Source: Octopus sinensis
Lineage: Eukaryota
Reading direction: 5' to 3'
Length of the DNA stretch: 64,000 nt
NCBI RefSeq assembly: GCF_006345805.1
Contig: NC_043001.1
Span: 34,782,001 to 34,846,000 of the forward strand
A program made the position numbers and the translations under genes. The notes beneath the pieces are model-generated. The model had not been told where the DNA came from. It did not search any database and saw only the letters and a list, made by a program, of their open reading frames with translations. This document shows positions 12,154-26,099 of this stretch, in pieces. Every line of letters begins with the position of its first letter. Within the stretch, counting starts at the first letter, position 1.

Positions 12154-12926
12154 CATATATATATTATATATATTTACGAATATATACATCAGTTCTTTTG
12201 ATTAAGATCTGTGTATAATTGGTTTTCATTTCGCGTTTGTCTTTTTATTAAATAGTAAGTTATTTTCTTTAAATTCTCTAACTGCTCATTAGTTTGATTT
12301 ATAATCAACTGCAGAAATACATAACAAATACATAAATAAATATAAAATAAATAATAACGAATGAATAGTTAAAATAAAATATAGAATTTCTCAGATTTTT
12401 GTGGCAATTATGTAGCTTGCAGGAGTTGTGGCATTTCAAGGTTTCCTTTATAATGATTATAAATGCAGTGTGTTGCTATTATAACGAAACGTATTGCCCC
12501 CCTCGTTCTTGTAGTTTGATTATGTTTTTAACAAAACAAGCGTGCCATTACTAATGAATAGATCAAAGAGTTCACAGAAAATTGATTTAATAGGATGGTT
12601 GAAGGAAACAGGGTTGGAAGTAGCGGAGATGCCTTGTAGAAAGATACAGCAAGTATAGGAGTGTTAGTGGTAAATAACTCGGAACGACCCGGTGAGATCA
12701 TGATCTGTTTCGATTTTCAGTTGAAGATACTTAAACCCCCTTACAACATTAATGTAACAGGCAAAAGCTTAAAAAGCACTAAGATTTCGTCAGGCCTCTC
12801 AATATAATATAATCTGTTATATCCAAGCAACAAAATTCATTCTTCATCAAAACAAACGAAAATGCCATATGATATATTTTTGTATTGTGTTTTTGTTTTC
12901 TGTGATAAGAATCCAGATAGTGACGA

Positions 12927-14245
12927 ATGTCTGGTAGAGTGACCGTAGAAAGAAACACAATAGGTAAGTTGGGAAGAGAAGCGATGGACAGGTTGTAAGA
13001 ATTAGACAGAATTTAGAAGAATGAGGTTTTACACTGGCTTTGACAGATGGACCACACAAATGGCCAGTTTGTAAATGAAAATTAACTTCTTGACTGAAGA
13101 CCACATTCTAATGCTCTCCTGGATATAAAACTGTAGACCTGGGTCTGTTGCGTTTGTGTGTGTGTGTGAGTGCGTTGAATTTTCAACACTGATATAAAAA
13201 CATCGGCTGAACATAGTCATATTTCAAAACCTGCAAAGCGCATTTCAGATTAATACAAATGATAACTACTCTAATTAAAATTAACATCAACAACTCTTAA
13301 CAAGAGTGGTCCCGGTGCGCGCACTCGCGTACTCGCGCATCCGCGCTAGCTAGTCGTGAATAGTCGATCCTTACTTTGTATTTTTGTTTGATTTACTTTG
13401 TTTAAAAAAATTATTTACTTTATGTAAAAAAATGATTTATTTTGTTTTTTATTTACTTTGCTAGGTAGTCGTTGTAGGATCGACTACTGACGACTAGCTA
13501 GCGCAAATTCGCGAGTACGCGAGTGCGCGCACCGGGACCAGTCTTCTTAAATAGTACCCAACTGTAAAATGCACAACGAAACAATTTCACACAAATAAAA
13601 GTTATATGCTTCCTTTTCTCAATCCTTTCTCTATAATATTAACTTTTAAAGAAATGTTTCCAGTCTCAGGTTTCTTGTTTTTTTTACTTTATATGTTATA
13701 ACGCTTGTGGCAATAGCAGAATAATTTTGAAATTTCCGAAAACTTCAAAAATATGATAGGAAACAAAAGCAATATCCATTCGTCAGTTTAATGTATATAT
13801 AACTTCTGATTGCGTTAGAGAAGCCTGCATGTTTCACTGGTATAATAGTAATGCTGCAATTAGATGCACAGTGTTGGATAACTCGGATTATCTTTTTCGA
13901 AGATAATGTGTTTATCCCATATTTTATGAGCTAGTATTTTCAGCTATATTTACTGTTTTACTTATACGCGTAGTGTATAAGAATGTGCCTGAATATGCCC
14001 TTGCAGGTGAAATGTCTCATATACATGAACATAACTGTATAATATCGAGAAAGCAAAATATTTATTCTCAAATGTGGGAATTTTTGATACGTGAGGTACA
14101 AGGTCAGGGAGAGAGGTAATTTCTTAGAATAGAGATACTAAAGATACTAAAGTATCAGTAAGATATTAAATAGTATGCTTGCTTAGAATCGCAGAAACAT
14201 TAAATTTTATCAATTGAAGAAGATACAAGGAAGTGGGACATCATT
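12927..14245 (+). CDS. Weak candidate spliced CDS (exons 12927-12963, 13944-14115, 14195-14245), product unknown
   Basis: ATG-containing exon ending G|GTAAGT, followed by two AG/GT-bounded exons with compatible phases (1 then 2) and no stops: MSGRVTVERNTI-AIFTVLLIRVVYKNVPEYALAGEMSHIHEHNCIISRKQNIYSQMWEFLIREVQGQGE-RNIKFYQLKKIQGSGTS. No family recognised and no convincing next exon. Confidence 0.2.
13301..13546. mobile_element. MITE (246 bp) with 71-bp CpG-rich TIRs and TTAA flanks
   Basis: TIRs 13301-13371 and 13476-13546 (7 mismatches), TTAA at 13297-13300 and 13547-13550, AT-rich interior. Confidence 0.85.
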
Positions 14246-15921
14246 GTAAGTTGTATCGCAGTATATTGGTGTCTGACGGATACGTAAAAATATTCAGTAA
14301 ACGTGAAATTCTGGATTTGAATTTTGTATAAGTAAGGTAGTATATCCAGTAGTTAATCTATTAATGAAAGCAAATAAATTACAGAATGCACACACCAAGA
14401 GAACAAAGTCAATATTTTGCGATATTAAAGTGGAAGAAATGAATGTTTTGGTATAATTTCTTTTGTTAAATTTGTAAAATAAAATAAAAGATGGGACAAA
14501 AATATTTGGGGACTAAACTTGAATATGTTTCTGTACAGCAATCATTTTTGTACATCTCAGATATTTTTTTATACATTTATTGACCAATGTCTCTTGACAA
14601 AGTACAAATTTATCGAAACATCGAGATCCCTTCCTCTTCGTTAAGTGACCGCATATATGGATTTCCTACAATTGTTTTTTCATTTCCATTTTGCTTGACT
14701 AATCAGAAAAAAAAAAAACTGTGTTGTGGATAACATCAATAATACTTGTGTCTGAAGTAATCAGGTTTCGAGGCTGATAGCAACACAATTAAACTGAATT
14801 ATTTTCTGAACGCCAAGATGAATTTTTATCTTTCGAAAGCAAATTTCTTAACGTTATACATTTTATAGATTTGACGATAAATCGAGTTCTATCGTTTTAT
14901 TGGAGTATAGCCTAAATGTAAATACGTACACCAACATACTTATAAAACTACATAAACGCCAGAATAGAATACATTTAAAGGTCTGCTTGGTAATAGTTGC
15001 TCCAGGAGTAAATAACATTCATAACAACAACGGGTTATTTACCCAGAGATTGTAAAGCCTTACATCAGTAAGGGTTTTAGTTGTTGTTAGAGTGAAAAGG
15101 GAACATATTCCAAGGTTGCTTCGTTGTTATTGTCTTTGAATGGTCAGATACGCGCTTAAATGCTTACTAATCATTTGCACATTATTTCGTATTCATGAAT
15201 ATTATATGTCAGATTACATTATTCGGCGTGTCCCTGTTTTTGTTTTGTGTGCGTTAAGAGATGATTTTACGGCTACTTAACTGCTAATTCTATCAAGTTC
15301 AGGTACGTCATTGATACTCGGTTGCGTATCGATAATATTTTCTTGCAACTTATGCAGATTATATAAAGCGGCTAAAGAAGAGACTACACAAAAACTAAGA
15401 GAATGCATCAAAAATAAATATATATACAGAAATATTTCCACAGGAAAACATCTTATACTCATTCATAAATTTCCATAGGAACATGTCTAGTAGTTCTACG
15501 GTAGGTAAAGAATAAAAGTATTTCTGTTTTAGTTTTTGCTTAACATGAAAGAAATAAAAGATATTAAACTTCGAAGTAAACGCTTTCAGACACGCCAGAG
15601 GAGGTTACACTTAGCGTAACTGGTAGTTGTTCGCAGAGAAAGAAAATAAAATATTGATAGAGATTAATTGAAATATTCTAGAAATACATGAAAAACAGAA
15701 ACAAAATCTTGCCTTGTTGTTTCGTGCAACATATATATCAATATATAACAATGTGAGTGAGCACGCGTGTCTAGCCAGAGAGATACAGAAAGAAGGATAA
15801 AGATTAGTAAACATAACTTGAAATACATAAATGGAAAACAACGGATGCTACGTACACAACATGTGTGCGTGTGTATGCGTGTATTCGTGTGCGTGTGTAT
15901 ATATCGATGTGTGTATGTATT

Positions 15922-15994
<73 letters not shown>

Positions 15995-16238
15995 GCACTT
16001 AGAAACGTTGTAGATAAATGCATATTGAAGTGGAAATGAAAGTCTAAAATAGGAAATATGGATGCCAAAAGCATATGTCAGTTGCTATAATGAAAAAGTC
16101 AAACCAACGAAAATAATGTGGATCCTTTTAGGTACAGAGACAAAAGCACACACCACAAATGTATGAACTCGTACACATATGCGTTTATAAATATGAGATA
16201 TGAGTATTAATCCATTTATGTAGACTGTATGTATACAT

Positions 16239-16288
<50 letters not shown>

Positions 16289-16291
16289 GTG

Positions 16292-16333
<42 letters not shown>

Positions 16334-16664
16334 GTGCATGTAATTATAAAGAAGTATGTGCATACGTAATACGCATAATATGACAGAATCCTGCTTGTTT
16401 ATTATGCAGACGTAGCAGGAAAATATATAAATTTTATTGTATTACCTTATATACATATATACATATTTAGATCACTAACGTAAATGTGCAAATATACATA
16501 TACACGCACATAAATCACATATTGACATGGCATACAAATGCACGCGCATGAACACACACACACACACATATATGCACTCGTTATAGGAATAAGTCTGATC
16601 CAGAATACACTCATAAACACATAAAAAGGTCCCATGTTAATTTCAGTGTCCACTAAAATATCTT

Positions 16665-17284
<620 letters not shown>

Positions 17285-17582
17285 AGACTCTCTCTATATT
17301 ACAGTCAACGTGCTTGCATCTACATAAGTGACACACACACACACACATTCTCGCATAGAAATATAAACTCGTATTCAGAAATAGATACTGGGAAAGATTA
17401 GATATAAGTGATATTTAAAGGGAATGAAAATGTGTCAAAACAATAGAGAAAAACATGAAAAGAAATAGAGGAGTATTTTTACATAGTCAAATAAGAAATG
17501 ACGCAGAAATAAATACATAATCCCTTAATGTAGGCACACACGCAAATATATATATGTGTGCGTGTATATGTGTGTGCATGTG

Positions 17583-17617
<35 letters not shown>

Positions 17618-17621
17618 AATT

Positions 17622-17806
17622 TTAGAGAGTTAACCACTATGTGGATAACTCTAGTGCTAAAAATAGCCCCGATAGTATAGCCACAGAAAAAGATGTTTCC
17701 AATTAGAAATATATGTTATTTCTAATTGGAAACATCTCTTTCTGTGGCTATACTATCGGGGCTATTTTTAGCACTAGAGTTATCCACATAGTGGTTAACT
17801 CTCTAA
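17622..17806. repeat. Near-perfect palindrome, 90-bp arms, 5-nt spacer
   Basis: 17622-17711 versus 17717-17806, one mismatch seen. Confidence 0.95.
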
Positions 17807-17930
17807 TAATTTATGTATAAATTTGTATTTTCTCCGTAGTTTTTTGTGCCAAGCCACTCGGTGTTAAATAAATGGTAATATTAAATTAATATCAATTTTT
17901 CACCCTCATTTATAAATTTATATATATATT

Positions 17931-17997
<67 letters not shown>

Positions 17998-18204
17998 CTT
18001 TATGGATAGACAGACACTTCCATATTGGTTATGGAAAGCGATATCTGTGCGGAACAACGTAGAGAAGAATCCATAAAGCAACAACGTTTGTAGACAAAAT
18101 CTCGATTTATACAGCAGGTTAGAGATGTTTGGAAAATGCAAACAGTGGAAAAGCTGAGTTCACGAGTAATGAATATCTCCTCCAACTGATTAGACTTCAT
18201 ATAT

Positions 18205-18418
18205 ATTTGTTGATTCGCTAGCTTCTGCACGCATTTTTTTTTCTCTCCTTGTTTCTCTCCGTGTTTTTTTTTCTGTGTATCTTTCTGTTGAAGAGCGTAG
18301 GCTCGAAACGTAAAAGACTTGTTTTATTTATATTCCTGAGCGCCATACTAATTCAATTGTTTGTTTGTATTCCACCTGCCTTCGTCTTTTGTTTATTTTC
18401 ATAAAGCTTCCCGTTATA
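18205..18418 (+). mobile_element. PLE-type terminal repeat, family D, carrying a hammerhead-like motif
   Basis: Reverse-complement homolog of 54957-55165. Contains TCTTT-CTGTTGA-AGAGCGTAGGCTC-GAAAC-GTA-AAAGA (18280-18317). Confidence 0.75.
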
Positions 18419-19090
18419 TGTATATTTGGTTTTATTACAGTTTGGAACTCTTTCCTCTTTCAAATCATCCTATTTTAGTCACTCACCTACTTAGTTTTGT
18501 CCTTCCTACACTCATTACATTATTCCTAAATCCTTCTGAAATAATTGCTCCTTTAATCATATTTAACACTTTTCGCCTCTCATCAATCTCAACCAATTTG
18601 AAACATCTTTTAGTATCAGCTCTCAGGTAACGAGAAGGGTAAAATACTCATAAATTCTTGACAAAAATGAGAACTTTAGATTATTTTTTCATGGAAGTTT
18701 TCCTTTCCTTATAATATTTCGAAGTAAATAAAGCTAGAGACTGCAGCCTCAAAATAAAAGATAACCTAAACGATAAATTGGTCTGATTTCTCAATACAAA
18801 TACAGTACCCTACACCTCTGTATCAACTATTATATAATTTTTTGTACATTTATGTTTGTATATATCCTGAAAAATCAGATTCACTGAGATAACACATTTT
18901 AAAAAAATAATACCATGATTATAATACATTGTTAAAGTAGTAAATAATAATATCTGCTTCTTTAAACAAACTCCTACCCAAGCATAGCTCGTATCGGCAA
19001 AGGTAAATGATTGTCAAAAAATCTCAATGAATTCGTGAATAAGACCTATAGTATTGGAAGTGAATGAACCTACAGAAACGTGGTTGAGAG

Positions 19091-19125
<35 letters not shown>

Positions 19126-19126
<1 letters not shown>

Positions 19127-19638
19127 TAGCAGTATCGCCCGGCGTTGCTCGGGTTTGTAAGGGAAATAACTATATAAGTATTTTTAGAGAGTTACGTCCC
19201 TTATAGATGCCAATTCGGGCTTTCTTAGCCATTTCTGTTTTGGTGTCTTTAAGCCATGATATCGTTGTTCTAAAAGAACGCTGGTCTCCTAAACAACGCT
19301 TTACGACGTTGATTTCCTTACACTCCCTTCCCCACAGCTTCACGAGGGAGGGAAGAAGGGGGAGAAGCAAACAGGTGCAGGTGTGACCATGGACGCCAAC
19401 TCCGCCGCCATCGACACACGAAAAATTATGCATTAAAATGGAATAAAAAATGATGTTAAATTATTTTTAAAATCGTAGACACATCGTAGACGCGCGCTAA
19501 TACTCAGACGGGCTCGATATGAATCACGACTATAAGATACCCGAATGTGGTTAAACTGCACCGCAAAATGCGGGAGTAGTTAGGAATCTAAATCGAAGGG
19601 GACAGACACTCACACAACTACAGTTTTATATATATAGA
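19126..19638 (-). mobile_element. Non-autonomous Helitron (513 bp), subfamily H2
   Basis: Minus strand A|TCTATATATATAAAACTG...CCCGAGCAACGCCGGGCGATACTGCTAG|T. The last ~65 bp match H1 but the body differs. Confidence 0.85.
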
Positions 19639-20709
19639 TATATGCATGTATGTATACATGTATCTCACATACATGTAGTCATGCCAAATAATGTTCTTAC
19701 TCTCAGAGCTGTTGTCTATTATTCTTCGGAAGCTAGGAACTTTACTATATGGTTTTAGTTTAGACTGTTAGTCATCGCTGCTCGTCTGAGCGATCAAAAG
19801 CGGGCGGGTAGGAGTTAACATCTTGCTTGTCAAACTAGGAGATCAGTAAAATGGAAACAATTTCTTGTAATTTTTATGCTTTTTTTTTCGTCTTCCGTAC
19901 TTTTTTTTTACCTCTTGTGTTCCGTCAATATATTCAGTATAAAATGTCGATTAATCCTATTTTATGACGTGACCGGTTCTTCGGTTCACTCATACCATCA
20001 AACACCAAACCTTAGAGAGTTTCTACACTGAGAGAATCAACGTAAATTGTCCTATGGGGAGAGAGAGTGTTAGATATATTGACAGAGACGTAGAGCCGAT
20101 GTTTATATACATATATATATATTTTTTTTTTTAGTAAAATATATATGGTAAAAGTAATAGAGAGTGGGTATGGAAGAAGCGAAGTGACTGGAGCAAAGAT
20201 TAGGAAAGAAAACATAAAAACTACATATCAAGAAGTAGAGACATGGTAGAGAAATTGCACAGAATATAGCTAATACAGAGTAGAAATGAAAGTCAACGAA
20301 TTAAAGAATATTTAATCCAGAATTTATCTTCAATCACTTGAGAATTTTTCTCTTGTATCACGCCTTATTTCTTTTTATGTTGTGTTTCACCTCCCGCACA
20401 CACACACAAATATATGCTTCTTGTATATCTCGGACACACACACTCTCACACACACACACACACACACACGCACACACATATACACATCCATACTTATATA
20501 TATCTTGAGTTTTGTGGTATGCAAACATATATATATATAATGACTCATGTAGATATTTTCGGGCAGTATTTAAGTTCTCATTTGTCAAATGAGTTCCTGA
20601 ACGTGTAGACTTATGTGTATAAGATAGGTATAAGATGAATCCAGTTCTTTCTCTCTATGTTTTTTCCTGTCTGTCTTTCTGTCTCTATACGTAGCAATTT
20701 ACTTATCAC

Positions 20710-20855
20710 TCACTCACTCTCTCTCTCTCTCCCCCCCTCTCTCTCTCTATATATATATACATACACACATATTTCTAAATACATACGTGTGTGTGTGTAT
20801 GTGTATAAATAGATAGATATACATACATATATATATATATATATAGATATATATA

Positions 20856-20922
<67 letters not shown>

Positions 20923-20924
20923 AG

Positions 20925-20981
<57 letters not shown>

Positions 20982-20982
20982 T

Positions 20983-21016
<34 letters not shown>

Positions 21017-21031
21017 TAATATATATATATA

Positions 21032-21062
<31 letters not shown>

Positions 21063-21066
21063 TATA

Positions 21067-21097
<31 letters not shown>

Positions 21098-21102
21098 TAT
21101 AG

Positions 21103-21154
<52 letters not shown>

Positions 21155-21170
21155 TATATATATATATGAA
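20710..21170. repeat. Extended (TA)n-rich microsatellite
   Basis: Direct reading. Confidence 0.95.
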
Positions 21171-21465
21171 AACATGTTCGTATGCATATCTTTGTGTCTT
21201 TGTTCAAGAACACAAGTAACTCATACGCACATATATACCACACTGCCTTGGTTTTGTCGTCTCATTTTATACAACACACACACATACAACCACATTCACA
21301 CACACACACATATATACATGTATGCATGTATATCTATATATGTGTATCTATGTATATATGAATGTGTACATTCTATATATATATGCAAATGCGTATCTCT
21401 CTCTCAATACATCTATATCTATATCTCTCTATCTATCTATCAATCAATCTATCTATCTATCTATC

Positions 21466-21502
<37 letters not shown>

Positions 21503-22152
21503 TATACATGCGTATCTTCCCCCTCCCTCTCTCTCTCTCTCTGTCTATATATATATATATATATATATCTTAAACTAAAGAAGAGATTCCATAGAAATAA
21601 TTGCAGATGTAGATTACTGTCAGATAATTACTAATATTTAACTAAATAGATTATGCTGTATAAAACAGATTATTGAAAGAGCCTGTCGCCATTTTAAATA
21701 TAGTCGTATGCATATACTAACACAAATTCCCCAACATACAGACATTCAGACCGAGGACCACTTACATCGATGTGCCGGCATATGTGTTTGATTTATTGCA
21801 GCTTACGTAACATTTACATATAATTGATAAGATATACACAAATGTATAAGTTCACATATGCTCACGCCCAGGCGTATACACATATACACAGAAATGCACA
21901 TATGCACACATACACACATCACGTCTAACCATTTATCTGTCTATCTATCGATCTGTCTGTCTCTCTGTCTGTCTGTCTACCACGTATGAAAATTAGTTAT
22001 ACAGTCTACATTGCGATGGATACCTTTGATCTGTTATGCATATATAAGGCTTGCGGCGTGTTTTCTTAATCACAGTGTTCAAAGAGAATACATAAAGGTA
22101 AATTATTGATTGCATTTAGGGCGAGTGCATGGTACCTGGAATTAACACCCAC

Positions 22153-22183
<31 letters not shown>

Positions 22184-22252
22184 CATCTATCTATCTATTT
22201 ATCTACCTATCTATCTACCTATCTATCAAGCTATCTGTATATCTGTCTGTCT

Positions 22253-22283
<31 letters not shown>

Positions 22284-22382
22284 CATACATACATACATAC
22301 ATACATACATACATACATACATACATACATACATACATACATACATACACATATATATATATATATATATATAATATATATA
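22153..22382. repeat. (CTAT)n-(CATA)n-(TA)n compound microsatellite
   Basis: Direct reading. Confidence 0.95.
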
Positions 22383-22922
22383 TCCGGAAATTGTTCTGTA
22401 TATAACATTTCACTCATACAAATATTGTTCACTTCCACGACTACACTCATATCCGCTCAACTGAGTACACACATACACACACACACTTATACACATATAC
22501 ACAGACACATTTTAGTTGCCTGTACAAGTTGTATGTGGCACAAGGAGGTGGGGGTTTAATGAAATATTCTAACTTATGTTTGGTAATTTCTCTGCCCCAA
22601 ACTCTTAGCCCGTTAGTCAGTTACGCAAGTTTGCAACCAATGAAAATGTATTTATACCCTTATGCTTTTGAGTTCTGTTTCACCTCCTTGTCTCACCAAA
22701 CAACTCAACAAATCCTCACGTACATAGGCACACTACGCTCACGCACACTCACAGATATTCGCATACAAATGTACAATAGTAATATGTGCATTTATTTTTA
22801 CGGCGCTCCCCTTGAATAGAACCTCAATAACATTCGCAACGTTCGCAATCGAGATACAAAATGTTTCCGTGTTGTCTTGGAGCGTAAAAACACAAGCTTT
22901 AAACACCATCAGGACAATTTAG

Positions 22923-22961
22923 ATCATAGTTATTCGACTTGATTTTGTCTCATCAGTGATA
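22923..22961 (-). ncRNA. Degenerate hammerhead-like motif
   Basis: Minus strand AUCA-CUGAUGA-GAC(AAAAUCAAA)GUC-GAAU-AA-CUA-UGAU. Core, stem II and a 4-bp stem I are present; GAAA has become GAAU and stem III is unpaired. Confidence 0.35.
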
Positions 22962-24632
22962 GTTATTTTAAATGTTGTTTGCTGTTGGTAGAATCCTGCT
23001 CGCAGTGAATGCAATTAATATTCCAATCTGCAGGAACCAGCAAAAAAAAAAAAAAAAAAAATAATAATAATAATAATTAACTAGATATATGCATACTCCA
23101 TTAATTTGGATTTTGGCTCTTCGCATACTTATCTTGAATAAAATCCAGTATGAAAAACTTCAGCGCAAGGCAACAAATTTTTCGCTAGTAGTTTTCTATA
23201 TAGCAATATAATTTCCTGCCTTGAGGGATGGGGTATGTAGATGGAAACGTGTGGTTTAAAGAACTTAGAACCTACATACATTCACATACATGCAGAGGAT
23301 CATACAAACAGGCACCCACGCATATGCGCGTATTCAACACAAAACTGCTTTTCTTTTTAAATGTTCTGAGTTGATACAAGAATCATAGGCCCTTTGCAAG
23401 AAGAAAAATGAATGTCAACGTTTAACCTTTAGGCATGGGTTTACAACTTGACTAGTTCTCTTTTATCCCTAACGAATGAAGTGCCAAATTTCGGCACTGG
23501 AGCGAAACCAGGCGCTTCTGTATATACATATATATTGAATAAGCGAGAGTGAAAGACAGAGATGTAAGGAGAAAAGACAGAAAGAGAGAGAGAGAGAGCG
23601 AAAAAGACACATAGAGAAATGTGGAGTAGAAAGCACATTTTACTTAAAATAACAAAAATATTCTATTAATGATGCATTATGTTGTATTTAGGCGAAACCT
23701 TACCAGTAACAGTCTTATTTTAAAATCCATCAACGAACTTGTAGAAGCAATCTTAATTTGTTAAATTCGGCGAACCATGTTAAAAATCGTGATAGGATAC
23801 ATTCATGCATCATTAAACTTAGTTTCAGAATTATGTTGTGTAAAATTTATATACGTTTCTTTAGTCACAACCAATATCAAATACTGATATTATTAACGGC
23901 AGACACTTTTATTAACAAGATATAGTGTTGCTGCTATTTAGCCGCAGGCTAACCATTACTGAGAAAACTATGATCAATGACATTAAAGTAATGAATAATA
24001 TAATAATATGTATTTTAAACCAGATTTCTACATTTGCATTATCAAAGGTACCCATTCAGATTTCAGGTGACTGTTACTGTAATCCTGTGACATATTTGGC
24101 TACTGTTTCTAGCAGTGGTGTAACGGTATTGGGATTCCTTTTCTGGGTTGTTAGTGTTGGTTTTGTTTAGTACCACATCGGATCTCATGTGGGTGGCTGA
24201 TGACCAAAGTCATAACCGCGTTCATTCAGTGTATATTATTCTCTCTTACCTTTTCTTTTATAAAAACATGGAATATTATTTGAGATATGTTTGGCTGCTA
24301 TTTCTAGTAAATCAAGCATTCAGCTCCTTTATCAACCATTAATATATAAGGTGAGAGAGTGATAGAAAATTTAATGGTAACTAATAGACAAACAGCATTT
24401 CATCCTCTCGGTTTTGATTTCAATTTTCACCGTAGTATAACGAAGAAGCCTCCACGTATTCATACATCCTGCTGGAATTAGCAGCGAACTTTTGCTCAAG
24501 TCACATGCTATTATATTAGCAATAGGAGGACACATTTTATAATGAATCTTGGAGAAAAGAAAATATAGTAAGGCAACAACTGCAAAGATCATTACCGTAG
24601 GTTTGCTGGTATAAAATCGCTCTTCGTGAAGG

Positions 24633-25082
24633 CGGCGAGCTGGCAGAAACGTTAGCACACCGGGAGAAATGCTTAGCTGTGTTTCATCTGCCATTACGTT
24701 CTGAGTTAAAATTCCGCCGAGGTCGACTTTGCCTTTCATCCTTTCGGGGACGATAAATTAAGTACCAGTTACGTACTGGGGGTCGATGTAATCGACTTAA
24801 TGCCTTTGTCTGTCCTTGTTCATTCCCTCTATGTTTGGCCCATTGTGGGCAATAAAGAAATAAGAATCGTTAGCACGCTGGGCGAAATGCTTAGCAGTAT
24901 TTCGTCTGCCGCTACGTTCTGAGTTCAAATTCCGCCGAGGTCGACTTTGCCTTTCATCCTGTCGGAGTCGATTAAATAAGTACCAGTTACGCACTGGGGT
25001 CGATATAATCGACTTAATCCGTTTGTCTGTCCTTGTTTGTCCTCTCTGTGTGTAGCCCCTTGTTTAGTAAAGAAACAGGTAT
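24633..25082 (+). mobile_element. Two tandem SINE family B copies (24633-24862, 24863-25082)
   Basis: Full head, core and CCCCTTGT...AAAGAAA tail; the second copy is 5'-truncated at AATCGTTAGC. Confidence 0.9.
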
Positions 25083-26099
25083 AAGATCGATCTTCGTAAG
25101 TGTGCATTTGTAGGCGAGCTTAGTGCAAAAGAACTTTAGGTAATCCCTACTACCGACAGTGCGTTGATGTTTCATTCGAGCCGACAAAATAGAAATAACA
25201 GCTAAATGACAATATATTTTTAATTAAGAAAAGGAAGACACTTCGGATATTTTATCTCTGATATACTTGACGAAAAAAGAAAAGAAAGCGTTCGAAACGG
25301 TTGAAGCTCGTTTCATTATAAGTATGCTATAATATTACTGAAATACTGGGATCGATGTAATCGACTTAACCCCTCAACCAAAATGGCTGCCCTTGTGGCA
25401 AAATTTGAAACCATTATTTCCTTATTATTCTATTAGTCGATATACTTCGAACTATAATTAAGAAATATTACATAAGGTAAAACAAGCAATATACCAAAAA
25501 ATTAATGAATAAGAGTTTGTGTAAAAATTATATACAATGATAGAAACAAATAAAATAATGCTACAGTTTGAACTTAGCCAAAATGCCGAAAAGAAGGTGA
25601 CGAAAATGAGTTAGAAAAATAAAATAGCTTGCGGCAAGAGCATTGTCATAAGTAGATGTCTGCGCATGCGTGTATAAAGTGGCAAATTAACTGAACCGTT
25701 CCGTAGTTGGATAGATTGCCTTGCAGGATCCCTTTTGGCTCTCTGTGCTCTGAATGCTAATACTACTGAGGTCAAATTTGCTTTACAGTCTTTTGAGATT
25801 GATAAATATTTCTAAATAAAGTCCTGTACTTTAGCAATCGTTTCTTCTCTTTCGATTCTTACCTTTTTTCTCTATTCTATTTCGACGTAGTTGCTTGCAT
25901 GCCTGCTTCTTTTAAATATACCCAAGACACGTGGTAAAATACACGTATGTGTATGTGTGTATTCATATATAGGATTGGCCGTTGCTCTCGTATCTGTAAG
26001 TTCCGGGGTCAGGTAGCTTCTTCTACAGTTTCTATAATTGTTAAAAATACCTGTGTACTCACGAGTGGGTATTGCATCGTGTACCCATTCAACCTTTAC

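Noticed and set aside
12540-12760. Peptide KSSQKIDLIGWLKETG…LKPPYN, vaguely like a Tc1-type transposase
   Set aside because: Motifs are in different frames with stops, and no TIRs or catalytic motifs are seen.
18000-18200. Possible PLE endonuclease or Tc1 C-terminal remnant upstream of repeat D
   Set aside because: No diagnostic motif, and it is not similar to the sequence upstream of the other D copy.
18560-18600. Minus-strand UUGAUGA-GAGGC-GAAA resembling a minimal hammerhead
   Set aside because: C3 is missing and no stem I can form.
23465-23520. Hairpin AGTGCC/GGCACT followed by GAAAC
   Set aside because: No CUGANGA core upstream.
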